Virus record (IMG/VR): IMGVR_UViG_3300025635_000011
Span: 1-36,995 of that record
Source: a virus
Lineage: Duplodnaviria; Caudoviricetes
Length of the DNA: 36,995 bases
Direction: 5' to 3' (one strand)
The notes beneath the pieces are model-generated. The model saw only the letters and a program-made list of their open reading frames with translations. It did no database searches and was not told where the DNA came from. Of this stretch, positions 13,980 through 23,506 are shown piece after piece (the stretch's first letter is position 1; each line of letters begins with the position of its first letter). Position numbers and translations under genes: made by a program.

Positions 13980-15222
13980 TTTCCAACTCCTGAAGTGGCA
14001 ACAGGAAGTATTTGGGTCTAAGAAACGATTCAAGGTGGTTGCAGCAGGTCGTCGATGCGGTAAGTCCAGGTTGTCTGCTGTTACCTTGTTGATTGAGGGT
14101 TTGAATTGTCCTGACGGTTCAGCGGTGATGTATATCGCTCCTACGCTGGGACAGGCTAGGTCGATTATCTGGGACTTGCTCCACGAGCTGGGTAGGCCGG
14201 TGATTAAGTCCAGTCACGTGAACAACCTTGAGATCACGTTGGTAAACGGACGAAAGATTCTCATCCGTGGGGCTGATAATCCTGATTCCTTGCGTGGTAT
14301 GTCTCTGACTTATGTGGTCTTGGACGAGTGTGCATTCGTTAAGCAAGATGTTTGGGAAAAGATTATCCGAGCTTCTTTGTCTGACAAAAAAGGTAGAGCC
14401 TTGTTTATATCCACTCCTTCTGGGAGGAACTGGTTCTACGATGTGTTTAAGTTAGGGCAGGAAGAGGATGAGGAGTGGAAGAGCTGGCACTTTACCACCA
14501 AGGACAATGAAACCATTGATCCGAAGGAGATTGAGGCTGCTCAGAAGACTCTCAGTTCTTTTGCCTTTAAGCAGGAATACCTGAGTTCCTTCGATACCGC
14601 AGGAGCTGACGTATTCAAGGAAGAGTGGTTCAAGGAAGCAAAGGAGCCTCAGTTTGGGGCTTACTATGTTGCTGTGGACTTGGCTGGGTTTGAGGATGTA
14701 GCCAAGAATGCTGGAGCAGCCAAGAAGAAACTTGATGAGACTGCTATTGCTATTGTTAAGTTATTGGATAACGGTGATTGGTGGGTTCATAGCATTGAGC
14801 ATGGTAGATGGGACATTAGACAGACTGCTGTCAATATTCTAAAAGCTATCAGAGACTTTCAACCGAGTGCTATCGGTATTGAGCGAGGAGCATTGAAGAA
14901 TGCAGTGCTTCCTTATCTTAACGACTTGATGAGAAAGAACAATATCTATGCCCATATACACGATCTTACTCACGGAAACAAAAAGAAAGTGGATCGAGTT
15001 ATCTGGTCACTGCAAGGACGCATGGAGCACGGTCGAGTTAGCTTCAATGAGAATGAAGATTGGACTGAGTTTAGGGATCAACTCGTCATGTTCCCTACCA
15101 ATGGTGTGCATGATGACTTAGTGGATGCACTGAGTTATGTGGACCAACTAGCTGTAGCCAACTATAACGCTGACTACGAAGAAGATGAGTTTGAGATTCT
15201 TGACCCGATAGCAGGATATTAA
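13966..15222 (+). CDS. terL: Terminase large subunit
   Basis: Walker A AGRRCGKS, LRG, Walker B VVLDE, motif III STP; nuclease VAVDLA, GIE, HDDLVDA. Confidence 0.96.
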   Translation: MTSLNFQLLKWQQEVFGSKKRFKVVAAGRRCGKSRLSAVTLLIEGLNCPDGSAVMYIAPTLGQARSIIWDLLHELGRPVIKSSHVNNLEITLVNGRKILIRGADNPDSLRGMSLTYVVLDECAFVKQDVWEKIIRASLSDKKGRALFISTPSGRNWFYDVFKLGQEEDEEWKSWHFTTKDNETIDPKEIEAAQKTLSSFAFKQEYLSSFDTAGADVFKEEWFKEAKEPQFGAYYVAVDLAGFEDVAKNAGAAKKKLDETAIAIVKLLDNGDWWVHSIEHGRWDIRQTAVNILKAIRDFQPSAIGIERGALKNAVLPYLNDLMRKNNIYAHIHDLTHGNKKKVDRVIWSLQGRMEHGRVSFNENEDWTEFRDQLVMFPTNGVHDDLVDALSYVDQLAVANYNADYEEDEFEILDPIAGY

Positions 15223-15223
15223 G

Positions 15224-15475
15224 ATGATTAAAAAAGGAAAAGAAGAGTTTGAAGGTTATAACAAACCTAAACGCACTCCAGGACACCCTACTAAATCTCA
15301 TGCTGTATTAGCTAAAGATGGAGATGAAGTTAAATTGATTCGTTTTGGTCAGCAAGGTGTTCAAGGTTCTCCTGACGGTACTGCCCGTAACGAGGCTTTC
15401 AAAGCTCGTCATGCCAAGAATATTGCCAAAGGTAAGATGAGTGCTGCTTACTGGGCTAACAAAGTTAAATGGTAA
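15224..15475 (+). CDS. Conserved basic hypothetical protein
   Basis: LIRFGQQG...FKARH...SAAYWA motifs; lies between TerL and portal. Confidence 0.75.
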   Translation: MIKKGKEEFEGYNKPKRTPGHPTKSHAVLAKDGDEVKLIRFGQQGVQGSPDGTARNEAFKARHAKNIAKGKMSAAYWANKVKW

Positions 15476-15484
15476 GGAAACACA

Positions 15485-17485
15485 ATGGAAGAAAATGAAT
15501 ACGAAGGTTACGAGGAACCAACCGAAGAAGAAAACGGTCTGGTAGATTTCGTTATCGAGCATACCAACCGTTGGCGTGATTATCGAGATACTAACTTCCT
15601 GGCTGACTGGGACGAATACGAGCGTATCTTCCGTGGTCGTTGGAATGCTCTTGATAAGACCAAAGAGACTGAGCGTAGTCGCCTAGTGTCTCCTGCTACG
15701 CAGCAGGCCATTGAGACCAGACACGCTGAGATTATGGAAGCTATTTTTGGTCAAGGTGAGTTCTTTGACATCAAAGACGACATCATGGATGTGAATGGTA
15801 ATCCGTTGGATGTTGAAGACATTAAAGCAAAACTGAATGAAGATTTTAAACAAGACAAGATTATCAAAGCTGTTGATGCTATTGAGCTCATGGCTGAGAT
15901 CTACGGAACTGGTATTGGTGAGATTCTTGTCAAGGAAGTGACGGCTTTCCGTCCAGCTACTAAGCCTATCCCTGGAGTAGCAGGTACAGCAGCTATCGGT
16001 GTTGAGGAATATAGCCGCATCAGTGTGCCTTTGAAGCCAGTGAATCCTCGTAACTTCCTGATTGACCCCAATGCGGACAGCATCGAAGATGCGCTGGGTG
16101 TTGCCATTGAGAAGTATGTCTCTTTGCACAAGATCGTGCAAGGGATGGAGAATGGAACCTATAAAAAAGTTGATATTGGGTCTGATTATGGTACGCAAGA
16201 ACTAGAACCTACTCAAGATGAGACTCAGTACCAAGATGATAAGGTTAAATTGTTGACTTATTATGGTCTGGTTCCTAAAGAATATCTTGAAGGTGAAAAA
16301 GAAGGCGAATACGTTGAGTTGTTCCCTGAAGGTTCCCAGGCTGAAGATTATGCTAACTTGGTGGAAGCCATTGTGGTTATCGCCAATGATGGAATCTTGC
16401 TGAAAGCTGAAGCATCTCCATACATGATGAAGGATCGTCCTGTGGTAGCGTATCAAGACGATACGGTTCCTGGTCGTTTCTGGGGTCGTGGTACGGCTGA
16501 GAAGGCTTACAATATGCAAAAAGCCATCGACAGCCAGTATCGTTCCATGCTGGACTCTATGGCCCTTACCACCGCCCCTATGGTGGCTATGGACGCTACC
16601 CGACTGCCTCGTGGTGCTAAGTTTGAGGTTCGTCCCGGTAAGGCAATCCTGACCAACGGCGCACCGTCAGAGATCCTGATGCCGTTCAACTTTGGGCGCA
16701 CGGATGGAACCAACGCTGCTGCTGCTCAGAACTTTGAGCGTATGCTGCTTCAGGCCACGGGAACTGTGGACGCATCTGGTATGCCCACCAATGTTCCTCG
16801 TGATGCTGGCGCTAGTGGCATGAGCATGGTGTTGGCTGGAATTATCAAGAAGTACAAGCGTACCTTGAGTAACTTCCAGGAAGACTTCCTGATTCCGTTC
16901 ATCAAGAAAGCTGCTTTCCGCTATATGCAGTTTGCCCCTGAGCGTTATCCGTCTGTGGATATGGAATTCATTCCTACTGGTGTGTTGGGAATTATGGCCC
17001 GTGAATACGAGCAACAACAGTTTATTGGGTTGTTGCAAACCCTTGGCCCTGACACTCCAGTGCTCCCGATCATCCTCAAAGGTATTCTGGCTAACAGTTC
17101 CTTGTCCAACCGTGGTGAACTCATGCAGGCTTTGGACAAAATGAGTCAACCTAATCCTCAGGCTCAGCAAGTTGCCATGCAACAACAGCAGCTCCAACAA
17201 GCGTTGGTGCAGGCTCAGGTGCAAGAAGTATCTGCCAAGGCTGCTAAGGAGCAGGCAGAGGCTCAGAAAGCCCTGATTGAGGCTCAGATGATCCCTGAAA
17301 AGCATCGAGTTGACATCATTCAGGCTGCTGCAACGAACATTGACAAGAGCAGTGACTTCGATAAACGCCTGAAATTGGCTGATGTGATGCTAAAAGAGAA
17401 GCAAGTTAACCTAAAAGCGGCTGATATTGCCTCAAATGAGCGTATTGCAACCCTACAAATGATGAATAAACGTCAAAAAGCATAA
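15485..17485 (+). CDS. Portal protein (P22-like, with C-terminal coiled-coil barrel)
   Basis: 666 aa after TerL; YGTGI, FLIDP, FWGRG motifs; Q/A-rich C-terminal helix. Confidence 0.88.
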   Translation: MEENEYEGYEEPTEEENGLVDFVIEHTNRWRDYRDTNFLADWDEYERIFRGRWNALDKTKETERSRLVSPATQQAIETRHAEIMEAIFGQGEFFDIKDDIMDVNGNPLDVEDIKAKLNEDFKQDKIIKAVDAIELMAEIYGTGIGEILVKEVTAFRPATKPIPGVAGTAAIGVEEYSRISVPLKPVNPRNFLIDPNADSIEDALGVAIEKYVSLHKIVQGMENGTYKKVDIGSDYGTQELEPTQDETQYQDDKVKLLTYYGLVPKEYLEGEKEGEYVELFPEGSQAEDYANLVEAIVVIANDGILLKAEASPYMMKDRPVVAYQDDTVPGRFWGRGTAEKAYNMQKAIDSQYRSMLDSMALTTAPMVAMDATRLPRGAKFEVRPGKAILTNGAPSEILMPFNFGRTDGTNAAAAQNFERMLLQATGTVDASGMPTNVPRDAGASGMSMVLAGIIKKYKRTLSNFQEDFLIPFIKKAAFRYMQFAPERYPSVDMEFIPTGVLGIMAREYEQQQFIGLLQTLGPDTPVLPIILKGILANSSLSNRGELMQALDKMSQPNPQAQQVAMQQQQLQQALVQAQVQEVSAKAAKEQAEAQKALIEAQMIPEKHRVDIIQAAATNIDKSSDFDKRLKLADVMLKEKQVNLKAADIASNERIATLQMMNKRQKA

Positions 17486-17491
17486 AAATGC

Positions 17492-17521
17492 TTGACAAAG
17501 TACTACATTTTGGTGTAGTAT
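17492..17521 (+). promoter_or_regulatory. Sigma70 promoter overlapped by an inverted repeat
   Basis: TTGACA-N18-TAGTAT; TACTACA-N6-TGTAGTA at 17501-17520. Confidence 0.65.
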
Positions 17522-17550
17522 TCGTTATTATTAACTAAAAGGTTCTCCAA

Positions 17551-17793
17551 ATGGACAAAGAACTACAAGTTTACTATGAAGAGATGTTTTCGATGATGGC
17601 TACCAAAGGGTGGTCATTATTGATGGAAGATTTCCAAGCATTGAAGACTAGTTTAAACGATTTATCTACTGTCACGGACACACAAGATCTTTATTTCCGT
17701 AAAGGACAGTTAGATATTCTTAATCTGGTTCTCCAGCGCAAGGAGATATGTGAGAAAGCCTTTGAGGAGCTTCAACATGAAGAGAATGTTTGA
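17551..17793 (+). CDS. Hypothetical protein (head module)
   Basis: GWS...LYFRKGQLDIL motif; AAGG SD. Confidence 0.75.
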   Translation: MDKELQVYYEEMFSMMATKGWSLLMEDFQALKTSLNDLSTVTDTQDLYFRKGQLDILNLVLQRKEICEKAFEELQHEENV

Positions 17794-18019
17794 GTTCTGC
17801 TGTGAGGATTATCACGTAACCGAGGCTTATGTGGAAGATAGTGTCCGAGTAAGGGCTTGCCCAATCTGCTCACAAGATGCTAAACGCATAATCTCAACAC
17901 CCATGTTTAAGTTAGAGGGGATTACAGGTCAATTCCCAACAGCTTATGACGCATGGGAGCGTAAACGGGCTGAGAAATTAGCTATTGAACGCAAACATAA
18001 CGGAACGGAAAACATTTAG
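17777..18019 (+). CDS. FmdB-like zinc-ribbon protein
   Basis: FEFCCEDYH...CPIC...KRIIS; GAGGAG SD. Confidence 0.65.
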   Translation: MKRMFEFCCEDYHVTEAYVEDSVRVRACPICSQDAKRIISTPMFKLEGITGQFPTAYDAWERKRAEKLAIERKHNGTENI

Positions 18020-18072
18020 TCGTTCCATTTTATAAGAATCCTAGAACCGTTAATTCGGCAGGAAAGGTAAGT

Positions 18073-18840
18073 ATGGCATTGATTGACGAAGAAATTGAGA
18101 AGCCGAGTGAAATCGAGGCTGAAGAGCAAAAGCAGATCCAACAGGAGGTAACTCCTGAACCTGTAGTCCAACAGATTCCTGAGAAATACTCAGGCAAGAG
18201 TCTAGAGGATATTGTGAAGATGCACCAAGAGGCTGAAAAGCTGATTGGAAGGCAGGCACAAGAGGTTGGTGAGATGCGAAAGCTCGCAGACCAGCTTATT
18301 CAGCAGAACCTCAATAAAGAGCAACCAGTTGCTAAACAAGAAACAGAGATTGACTTCTTTGAAGATCCGAAAACAGCGGTTCAAAAAGCAGTTGAGACTC
18401 ATCCAGACATTATCGCTGCTCGTGAAGCTGCACAACAGTTCAAGAAGATGCAGACTCAACAGATGCTTCAACAAAAGCATCCTGATTTTGCAGAGGTGGT
18501 AGGAGATGGTGAGTTCCAGGAGTGGGTTAAAGCCTCTCCAATCCGATTGAATATGTTTGCTATGGCAGACAGTCAATTTGATTTTCAAGCTGCCGATGAA
18601 TTGTTGAGCACTTTTAAGCAGATCCGTGGTGTAAAAGCCAAAGAAACTGCTGATGCAGGCCAAAAGATTCTTAAACAAAATCTAAGGGCTGCTTCCGTTG
18701 ATACGGGAGGCACTGGAGAATCTTCAGCCAAAGTCTATCGCCGTGCTGACCTAATCCGGCTAAAAATGACTGATCCTGACCGCTATGAACAGCTTCAGCC
18801 TGAAATTATGAAGGCATACGCTGAGGGCAGGGTTAAATAA
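18073..18840 (+). CDS. Capsid scaffolding protein
   Basis: Acidic and helical; IPEKYSGKS; C-terminal AYAEGRVK; immediately upstream of the MCP. Confidence 0.82.
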   Translation: MALIDEEIEKPSEIEAEEQKQIQQEVTPEPVVQQIPEKYSGKSLEDIVKMHQEAEKLIGRQAQEVGEMRKLADQLIQQNLNKEQPVAKQETEIDFFEDPKTAVQKAVETHPDIIAAREAAQQFKKMQTQQMLQQKHPDFAEVVGDGEFQEWVKASPIRLNMFAMADSQFDFQAADELLSTFKQIRGVKAKETADAGQKILKQNLRAASVDTGGTGESSAKVYRRADLIRLKMTDPDRYEQLQPEIMKAYAEGRVK

Positions 18841-18864
18841 CCAAACCTTTAGGAGTTTTATAAA

Positions 18865-19785
18865 ATGGCAAATACTTTTTCCGGCGCAAATGCCGTAACC
18901 ACCACCAGCGCAGCGAATTTTATTCCTGAAGTATGGAGTGATGAGATTGTTGCTTCGTACAAGAAGAACCTGGTTATGGCTAACCTGGTTAAGAAGATGA
19001 ACTTCAAGGGCAAGAAAGGTGACACCGTTCACATTCCTAGCCCTGTGCGTGGTTCTGCTTCTGCCAAGTCTGCTGCTAACACCGTTACGCTGATTGCTGA
19101 GAGCGATAGCGACATCGCCGTGTCGATCAACAACCACTACGAATACTCTCGTTTGATCGAGGACATCGTGGAAGCTCAAGCTCTGTCGAGCCTGCGTGGT
19201 TTCTACACGGAAGATGCTGGCTACGCCCTGGCTAAGCAAGTTGACACCAGCCTGATCCAGTTGGGCCGTGGCGCTAACGGTTCCAACGCTGCTAACCAGC
19301 AGTACTCTGGCGGTCTGATCGGTTCTACCGGCGCTGCTTACACCTACAGCTCGTCTAACGCTGCTGCTATCGCTGACGCTGGTATCCGTAAGGCTATCCA
19401 AGTGCTGGACGATAACGATGTGCCGATGGACGGTCGTTCGTTGGTGGTTCCTCCGGTTGCTCGTAACTCTATGTTGGGTATCGCTCGTTTCACCGAGCAA
19501 GCCTTCAAGGGCACTGGTTCTACCCTGATGAACGGTGAGTTTGGCGACATCTATGGCGTGAAAGTGTTCGTTTCTACGAACTGCGACACCACTGCTGCTA
19601 CGACCCCTGACAAAGTTGCTCTGCTGTTCCAGCGTGACTTCTCTGTCCTGGTTGAGCAACTGGGTATCCGTTCGCAGACGCAGTACAAGCAGGAATTCCT
19701 GGGTACTCTGTTCACCGCTGATACGCTGTATGGCGTGGCTGAGCTGCGTGACAAGAACTGCGTTCCGCTGATCGTTCTGGCTTAA
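18865..19785 (+). CDS. Major capsid protein
   Basis: FIPEVWS, GDTVHIP, GYALAKQVD, DTLYGV motifs; strong codon bias; AGGAG SD; followed by a terminator. Confidence 0.92.
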   Translation: MANTFSGANAVTTTSAANFIPEVWSDEIVASYKKNLVMANLVKKMNFKGKKGDTVHIPSPVRGSASAKSAANTVTLIAESDSDIAVSINNHYEYSRLIEDIVEAQALSSLRGFYTEDAGYALAKQVDTSLIQLGRGANGSNAANQQYSGGLIGSTGAAYTYSSSNAAAIADAGIRKAIQVLDDNDVPMDGRSLVVPPVARNSMLGIARFTEQAFKGTGSTLMNGEFGDIYGVKVFVSTNCDTTAATTPDKVALLFQRDFSVLVEQLGIRSQTQYKQEFLGTLFTADTLYGVAELRDKNCVPLIVLA

Positions 19786-19814
19786 TAACTATAAAAACTT
19801 AAGCTTGCACCCCT

Positions 19815-19868
19815 AAGGCTCCATCTCAAAAGGATGGAGTCCTTTTTAAAGAGCCCTACGGGGCTTTT
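19815..19868 (+). terminator. Two tandem rho-independent terminator-like hairpins after the MCP
   Basis: CTCCATC-N7-GATGGAG..CTTTTT and GAGCCC-TACG-GGGCTTTT. Confidence 0.75.
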
Positions 19869-19883
19869 CAGAAAGGAAACACA

Positions 19884-20045
19884 ATGGCTACATTTAAGAT
19901 GATTAATAACGATGATCCCAACCGTTACGCTGTAGTGACACAAGATGGGGACATTAAGAGTTTCCGTGATAATCCTGAATGGGAAGAAGTTGTTGAAGTT
20001 GTAGAAGAGCCGAAGAAGAAATCAAAATCTAAAGAAGAGCAATAA
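19884..20045 (+). CDS. Hypothetical 53-aa protein (not in the ORF track)
   Basis: AAAGGA SD; MATFKMINNDDPNRYAVV...PKKKSKSKEEQ; TAATG overlap with the next gene. Confidence 0.75.
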   Translation: MATFKMINNDDPNRYAVVTQDGDIKSFRDNPEWEEVVEVVEEPKKKSKSKEEQ

Positions 20046-22036
20046 TGGCTTATTCTGATACAGATCGACAAGCAGCGCAAGCATTCCAAGACTGGTTGAA
20101 CTCAGGCAACCAGTGGATGTGGGATTTAGCAAAATCAAACCCACTAGGGTATAAAGACGAATGGGATTGGTTTTTTGCTGCACAGCCTCAGTTGGCCCCA
20201 TACCGCGACGCCATAATGAACTATCAGAAGGTTCTTGCCGAACCTGCTGCGCCAACGCCTGCACCAACTCCAGAGCCAACTCAGACTCAAACTCAGACAC
20301 AAGCTCCTGCTAATAGCGATCCTAATATCGGCAAGGTATACCAACGAATCCAAGATATTCCAGAAGGATATGAGTGGAGAGGATCTGGTCTAGGTACTCC
20401 TATGACCAACCTGGCTGATATAGTAGCAGCAATAGAGGCAGCAAATAGAGGAGAACAAACTGATTATCAAAAACAGTTTACGTATCAAATTGTTGGTAAA
20501 AAGCCTGAAGGTGTTCTAGCTCAGGAAAGCCCTGGCATATATACGTTTGTAAAAGACGGTAAAGAATATGTTTATGCCCCCAAGGAGTTTGTCAATTATG
20601 GCGCTGTAGGCGCAGAACAAGGAGACCTCGGAAAAACGCTAAATATAAATTCTTTAATCAAGTCAAAAGACCTGCTGGATAAAGCCACTAAAACCAACAT
20701 TGATCCCAAACAATTTCAGGCTGATTTCACAAATGCTGGCATTAAAGACCCGTATCAAGGGTACGTGTGGCGTAAACAAGATTATATAGATGGGATTTAC
20801 GCACAAACTGGGGGCAAGCCCACTGACTATAACTACAACCCTGACGGTGCGCTTAGCCTCGGGAATAGAAATATTTATCCTGACCAATATGGTACGTACC
20901 AAGGCCAGGACGAAAATGGAAACTATATCTACAAAAAAGGCAAAAACACAACTGTTTTTGATCCTAAAACAGCCACGGGCACTATTTATTGGCCTGGAGA
21001 TGATGGCGGGCTTGGCGGGTTTTTACCCTTCGTAGCCCTGCTTGGTTTGGCATTCGGTATCCCTGCCGGGCTTGAGCTGCTAGCTGGTGAGGCGGCTGGG
21101 GCGGGTGCATTGGGCGCGGGTTTTGGAGAACTTAGCGCGGCTGAACTTGCTTCTTATGGAGTAACCGCAGAAACCCTTGGCCTCGGTGCGGCTGGGGGCA
21201 CATCGTTGGCTAATGCAGGATGGGATCCAAACTGGTTAGCTTCTGCTGGGCAGGGTGCTGGAGATATTGCCGCTGATCGGGCTTTAGGAAGTATTCTTGC
21301 TGACGGCGGGTTTGGCGAGCTTTCAGCAAGTGAGTTGGCTAATTTAGGTTATGATGCTTCTTGGGCTGATGCTTTAGGTTCTACTGGTTTAGAGGCTTGG
21401 GACGGCTATCAACCACCATCAAACTGGGAAACTGCTGATATGTCTCCGGTAGAGACAGCACCGCAGCCTACCACCACGCCTGAAGTACCTCAAACACCTA
21501 CGACTCAACCTTCTACAACCCCTGTTGAAACCGCTCCTAATCTTGAGGGTGGCGACCTTGGAATGACTGAGGCTGAGTGGCAAGACCAGTTCTATAAAGA
21601 TATTGGCATTGAGCCTTCTTCATTGTCTGATCTTCCTCCCGCTACTCAAGCAGAGATTGATGCGATCTTAAATCAAGGACCGAATGTTAGTTTGTCTGAC
21701 TTGAATAAAGTTCGTCAGGCTGTTAATTTGTCTAAGTTGCTACAAGGAGCAGGTCTTTTAGGCGGTGGAGCGTTGGCTGCAAATGCTGTTGGCGGTCTTC
21801 TTGGAGGATTGACTGGAGGAACAGGAACTACTCCTGGTATTAAACCACCTACTCCATTTACTGGAACCTATAGCGGCTCTGCTAACTATAGTCCTGAGTA
21901 TTATCAACAGATACAGCAAAATTACAATCGACTGTTCCCTACTGCTCCGGCTGATGTAGCAACCCCATTGCAGTCTTGGTATCAGACTAAGTTTGTTCCT
22001 GAGACAAACGTATCTAACAAATTATTTGGAGTCTAA
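20045..22036 (+). CDS. Large hypothetical virion-associated protein with a central hydrophobic segment and Pro/Thr-rich linkers
   Basis: 663-aa ORF in the structural arm; FLPFVALLGLAFGIPAGLELL; G/A-rich and acidic tracts. Confidence 0.7.
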   Translation: MAYSDTDRQAAQAFQDWLNSGNQWMWDLAKSNPLGYKDEWDWFFAAQPQLAPYRDAIMNYQKVLAEPAAPTPAPTPEPTQTQTQTQAPANSDPNIGKVYQRIQDIPEGYEWRGSGLGTPMTNLADIVAAIEAANRGEQTDYQKQFTYQIVGKKPEGVLAQESPGIYTFVKDGKEYVYAPKEFVNYGAVGAEQGDLGKTLNINSLIKSKDLLDKATKTNIDPKQFQADFTNAGIKDPYQGYVWRKQDYIDGIYAQTGGKPTDYNYNPDGALSLGNRNIYPDQYGTYQGQDENGNYIYKKGKNTTVFDPKTATGTIYWPGDDGGLGGFLPFVALLGLAFGIPAGLELLAGEAAGAGALGAGFGELSAAELASYGVTAETLGLGAAGGTSLANAGWDPNWLASAGQGAGDIAADRALGSILADGGFGELSASELANLGYDASWADALGSTGLEAWDGYQPPSNWETADMSPVETAPQPTTTPEVPQTPTTQPSTTPVETAPNLEGGDLGMTEAEWQDQFYKDIGIEPSSLSDLPPATQAEIDAILNQGPNVSLSDLNKVRQAVNLSKLLQGAGLLGGGALAANAVGGLLGGLTGGTGTTPGIKPPTPFTGTYSGSANYSPEYYQQIQQNYNRLFPTAPADVATPLQSWYQTKFVPETNVSNKLFGV

Positions 22037-23497
22037 ATGGCAATCTATCGTGGACCTGGAGGCTCAGGAGATGCTACAGATGATGCTTCCAATGCGGCAG
22101 AACTGGTAATCCAGAAGGCTGCTGAAGCTGCCTCGTCTGCAAGTGCAGCGTCTTCATCTGCAAGTGCTGCCAGTTCTTCTGCGGCTTCTGCTGCCATTAG
22201 TGCTGCCAGTGCATCTGCAAGTGCTGCTCAGGCTGCTGGCTTTGTTCCCAGTGTTACAGGGAATGCTGGAAAGTATTTGACCACAGATGGATCAATTACA
22301 TCCTGGTCTACAGTTGATGCTCTTCCGTCACAGACAGGCAACAACGGTAAATATCTAACCACCAACGGATCTGCTGCTTCGTGGGTAACTGTTGATGTTG
22401 GAGTAACCTCTGTTGCATTGACAGCACCAACTGGTTTGACAGTTTCTGGAAGTCCTGTAACGTCTACTGGAACCTTGGCGCTATCGTATACTGCTGGGTA
22501 TTCTATTCCTACGGATACGAAGCAGACTAACTGGGATACTGCCTACGGCTGGGGCAATCACGCAAGTGCTGGTTATTTAACCACGGCAGTGGCTGCAAGC
22601 ACGTATGCTCCTTTGACGGGCACTGGTGCTTCAGGTACTTGGGGTATTTCAATCACTGGTAATGCTGCTACGGTTACTAACGGCCTGTATTCTACTGTAT
22701 CTTACTCTAATCCTACATGGTTGACCTCCATTTCAGGGTCAATTGTTAGCGGTAACATCAGTGGAAACGCTGCTAACGTAACTGGTACGGTTGCGATTGC
22801 TAATGGCGGTACAGGACAAGCTACTCAACAAGCAGCTATTAATGCGTTAACAGGAACTCAGTCTTCTGGAAAGTATTTAAGGTCAGACGGAACCAATTCT
22901 AGTTTGTCAACTATTCAAGCAGCAGACGTTCCTACACTGAATCAGAATACAACAGGTACGGCAGCTAATATTACTGCAACGACCAACTCAACATTGACAA
23001 CCCTGAGTGCTTTGAGTCTCCCAGGTTCTCAGGTGAGTGGAAATATCAGCGGTAATGCAGCTAATGTGACTGGAACAGTCGCTATTGCTAACGGTGGATC
23101 TGGTCAGACCACGGCTCAAGCAGCCATGAATGCTTTTGCCGGTGCAGTCACTAGCGGGTCTTATCTGCGTGGTAACGGAACTAACGTAGTGATGGCAACC
23201 ATCCAGGCTGCTGATGTGCCTACGTTGAACCAGAACACAACAGGAACTGCTGGTGGCTTGACTGGTACGCCTAACATTACAGTTGGAACTGTTAATGGAA
23301 CAACGATTACAGCATCCACTCAGTTCAGTGGCCCTGGAACGGGATTAACAGGTACTGCAACCAGCTTGTCTATTGGAGGCAATGCAGCAACTGTCACTAA
23401 CGGGGTTTATACAACAGGTACTTATTCTGATCCAACCTGGCTGACTACGTTAGCTGGTTCTAAGATTACAGGCACAATTAACGGTGGCACATATTAA
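22037..23497 (+). CDS. Tail fibre-like protein with internal repeats
   Basis: MAIYRGPGG start; Ala/Ser run; GKYLTT repeats; 72-aa duplication; C-terminal INGGTY. Confidence 0.8.
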   Translation: MAIYRGPGGSGDATDDASNAAELVIQKAAEAASSASAASSSASAASSSAASAAISAASASASAAQAAGFVPSVTGNAGKYLTTDGSITSWSTVDALPSQTGNNGKYLTTNGSAASWVTVDVGVTSVALTAPTGLTVSGSPVTSTGTLALSYTAGYSIPTDTKQTNWDTAYGWGNHASAGYLTTAVAASTYAPLTGTGASGTWGISITGNAATVTNGLYSTVSYSNPTWLTSISGSIVSGNISGNAANVTGTVAIANGGTGQATQQAAINALTGTQSSGKYLRSDGTNSSLSTIQAADVPTLNQNTTGTAANITATTNSTLTTLSALSLPGSQVSGNISGNAANVTGTVAIANGGSGQTTAQAAMNAFAGAVTSGSYLRGNGTNVVMATIQAADVPTLNQNTTGTAGGLTGTPNITVGTVNGTTITASTQFSGPGTGLTGTATSLSIGGNAATVTNGVYTTGTYSDPTWLTTLAGSKITGTINGGTY

Positions 23498-23506
23498 AGG
23501 AAAACT

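Noticed and set aside
15683-17305. Antisense ORFs (171, 105 and 212 aa) within the portal gene
   Set aside because: Opposite strand of a well-supported gene; Leu/His-rich shadow translations
18760-19659. 299-aa antisense ORF over the major capsid gene
   Set aside because: Shadow ORF expected from the strong codon bias of the MCP; no motifs or SD
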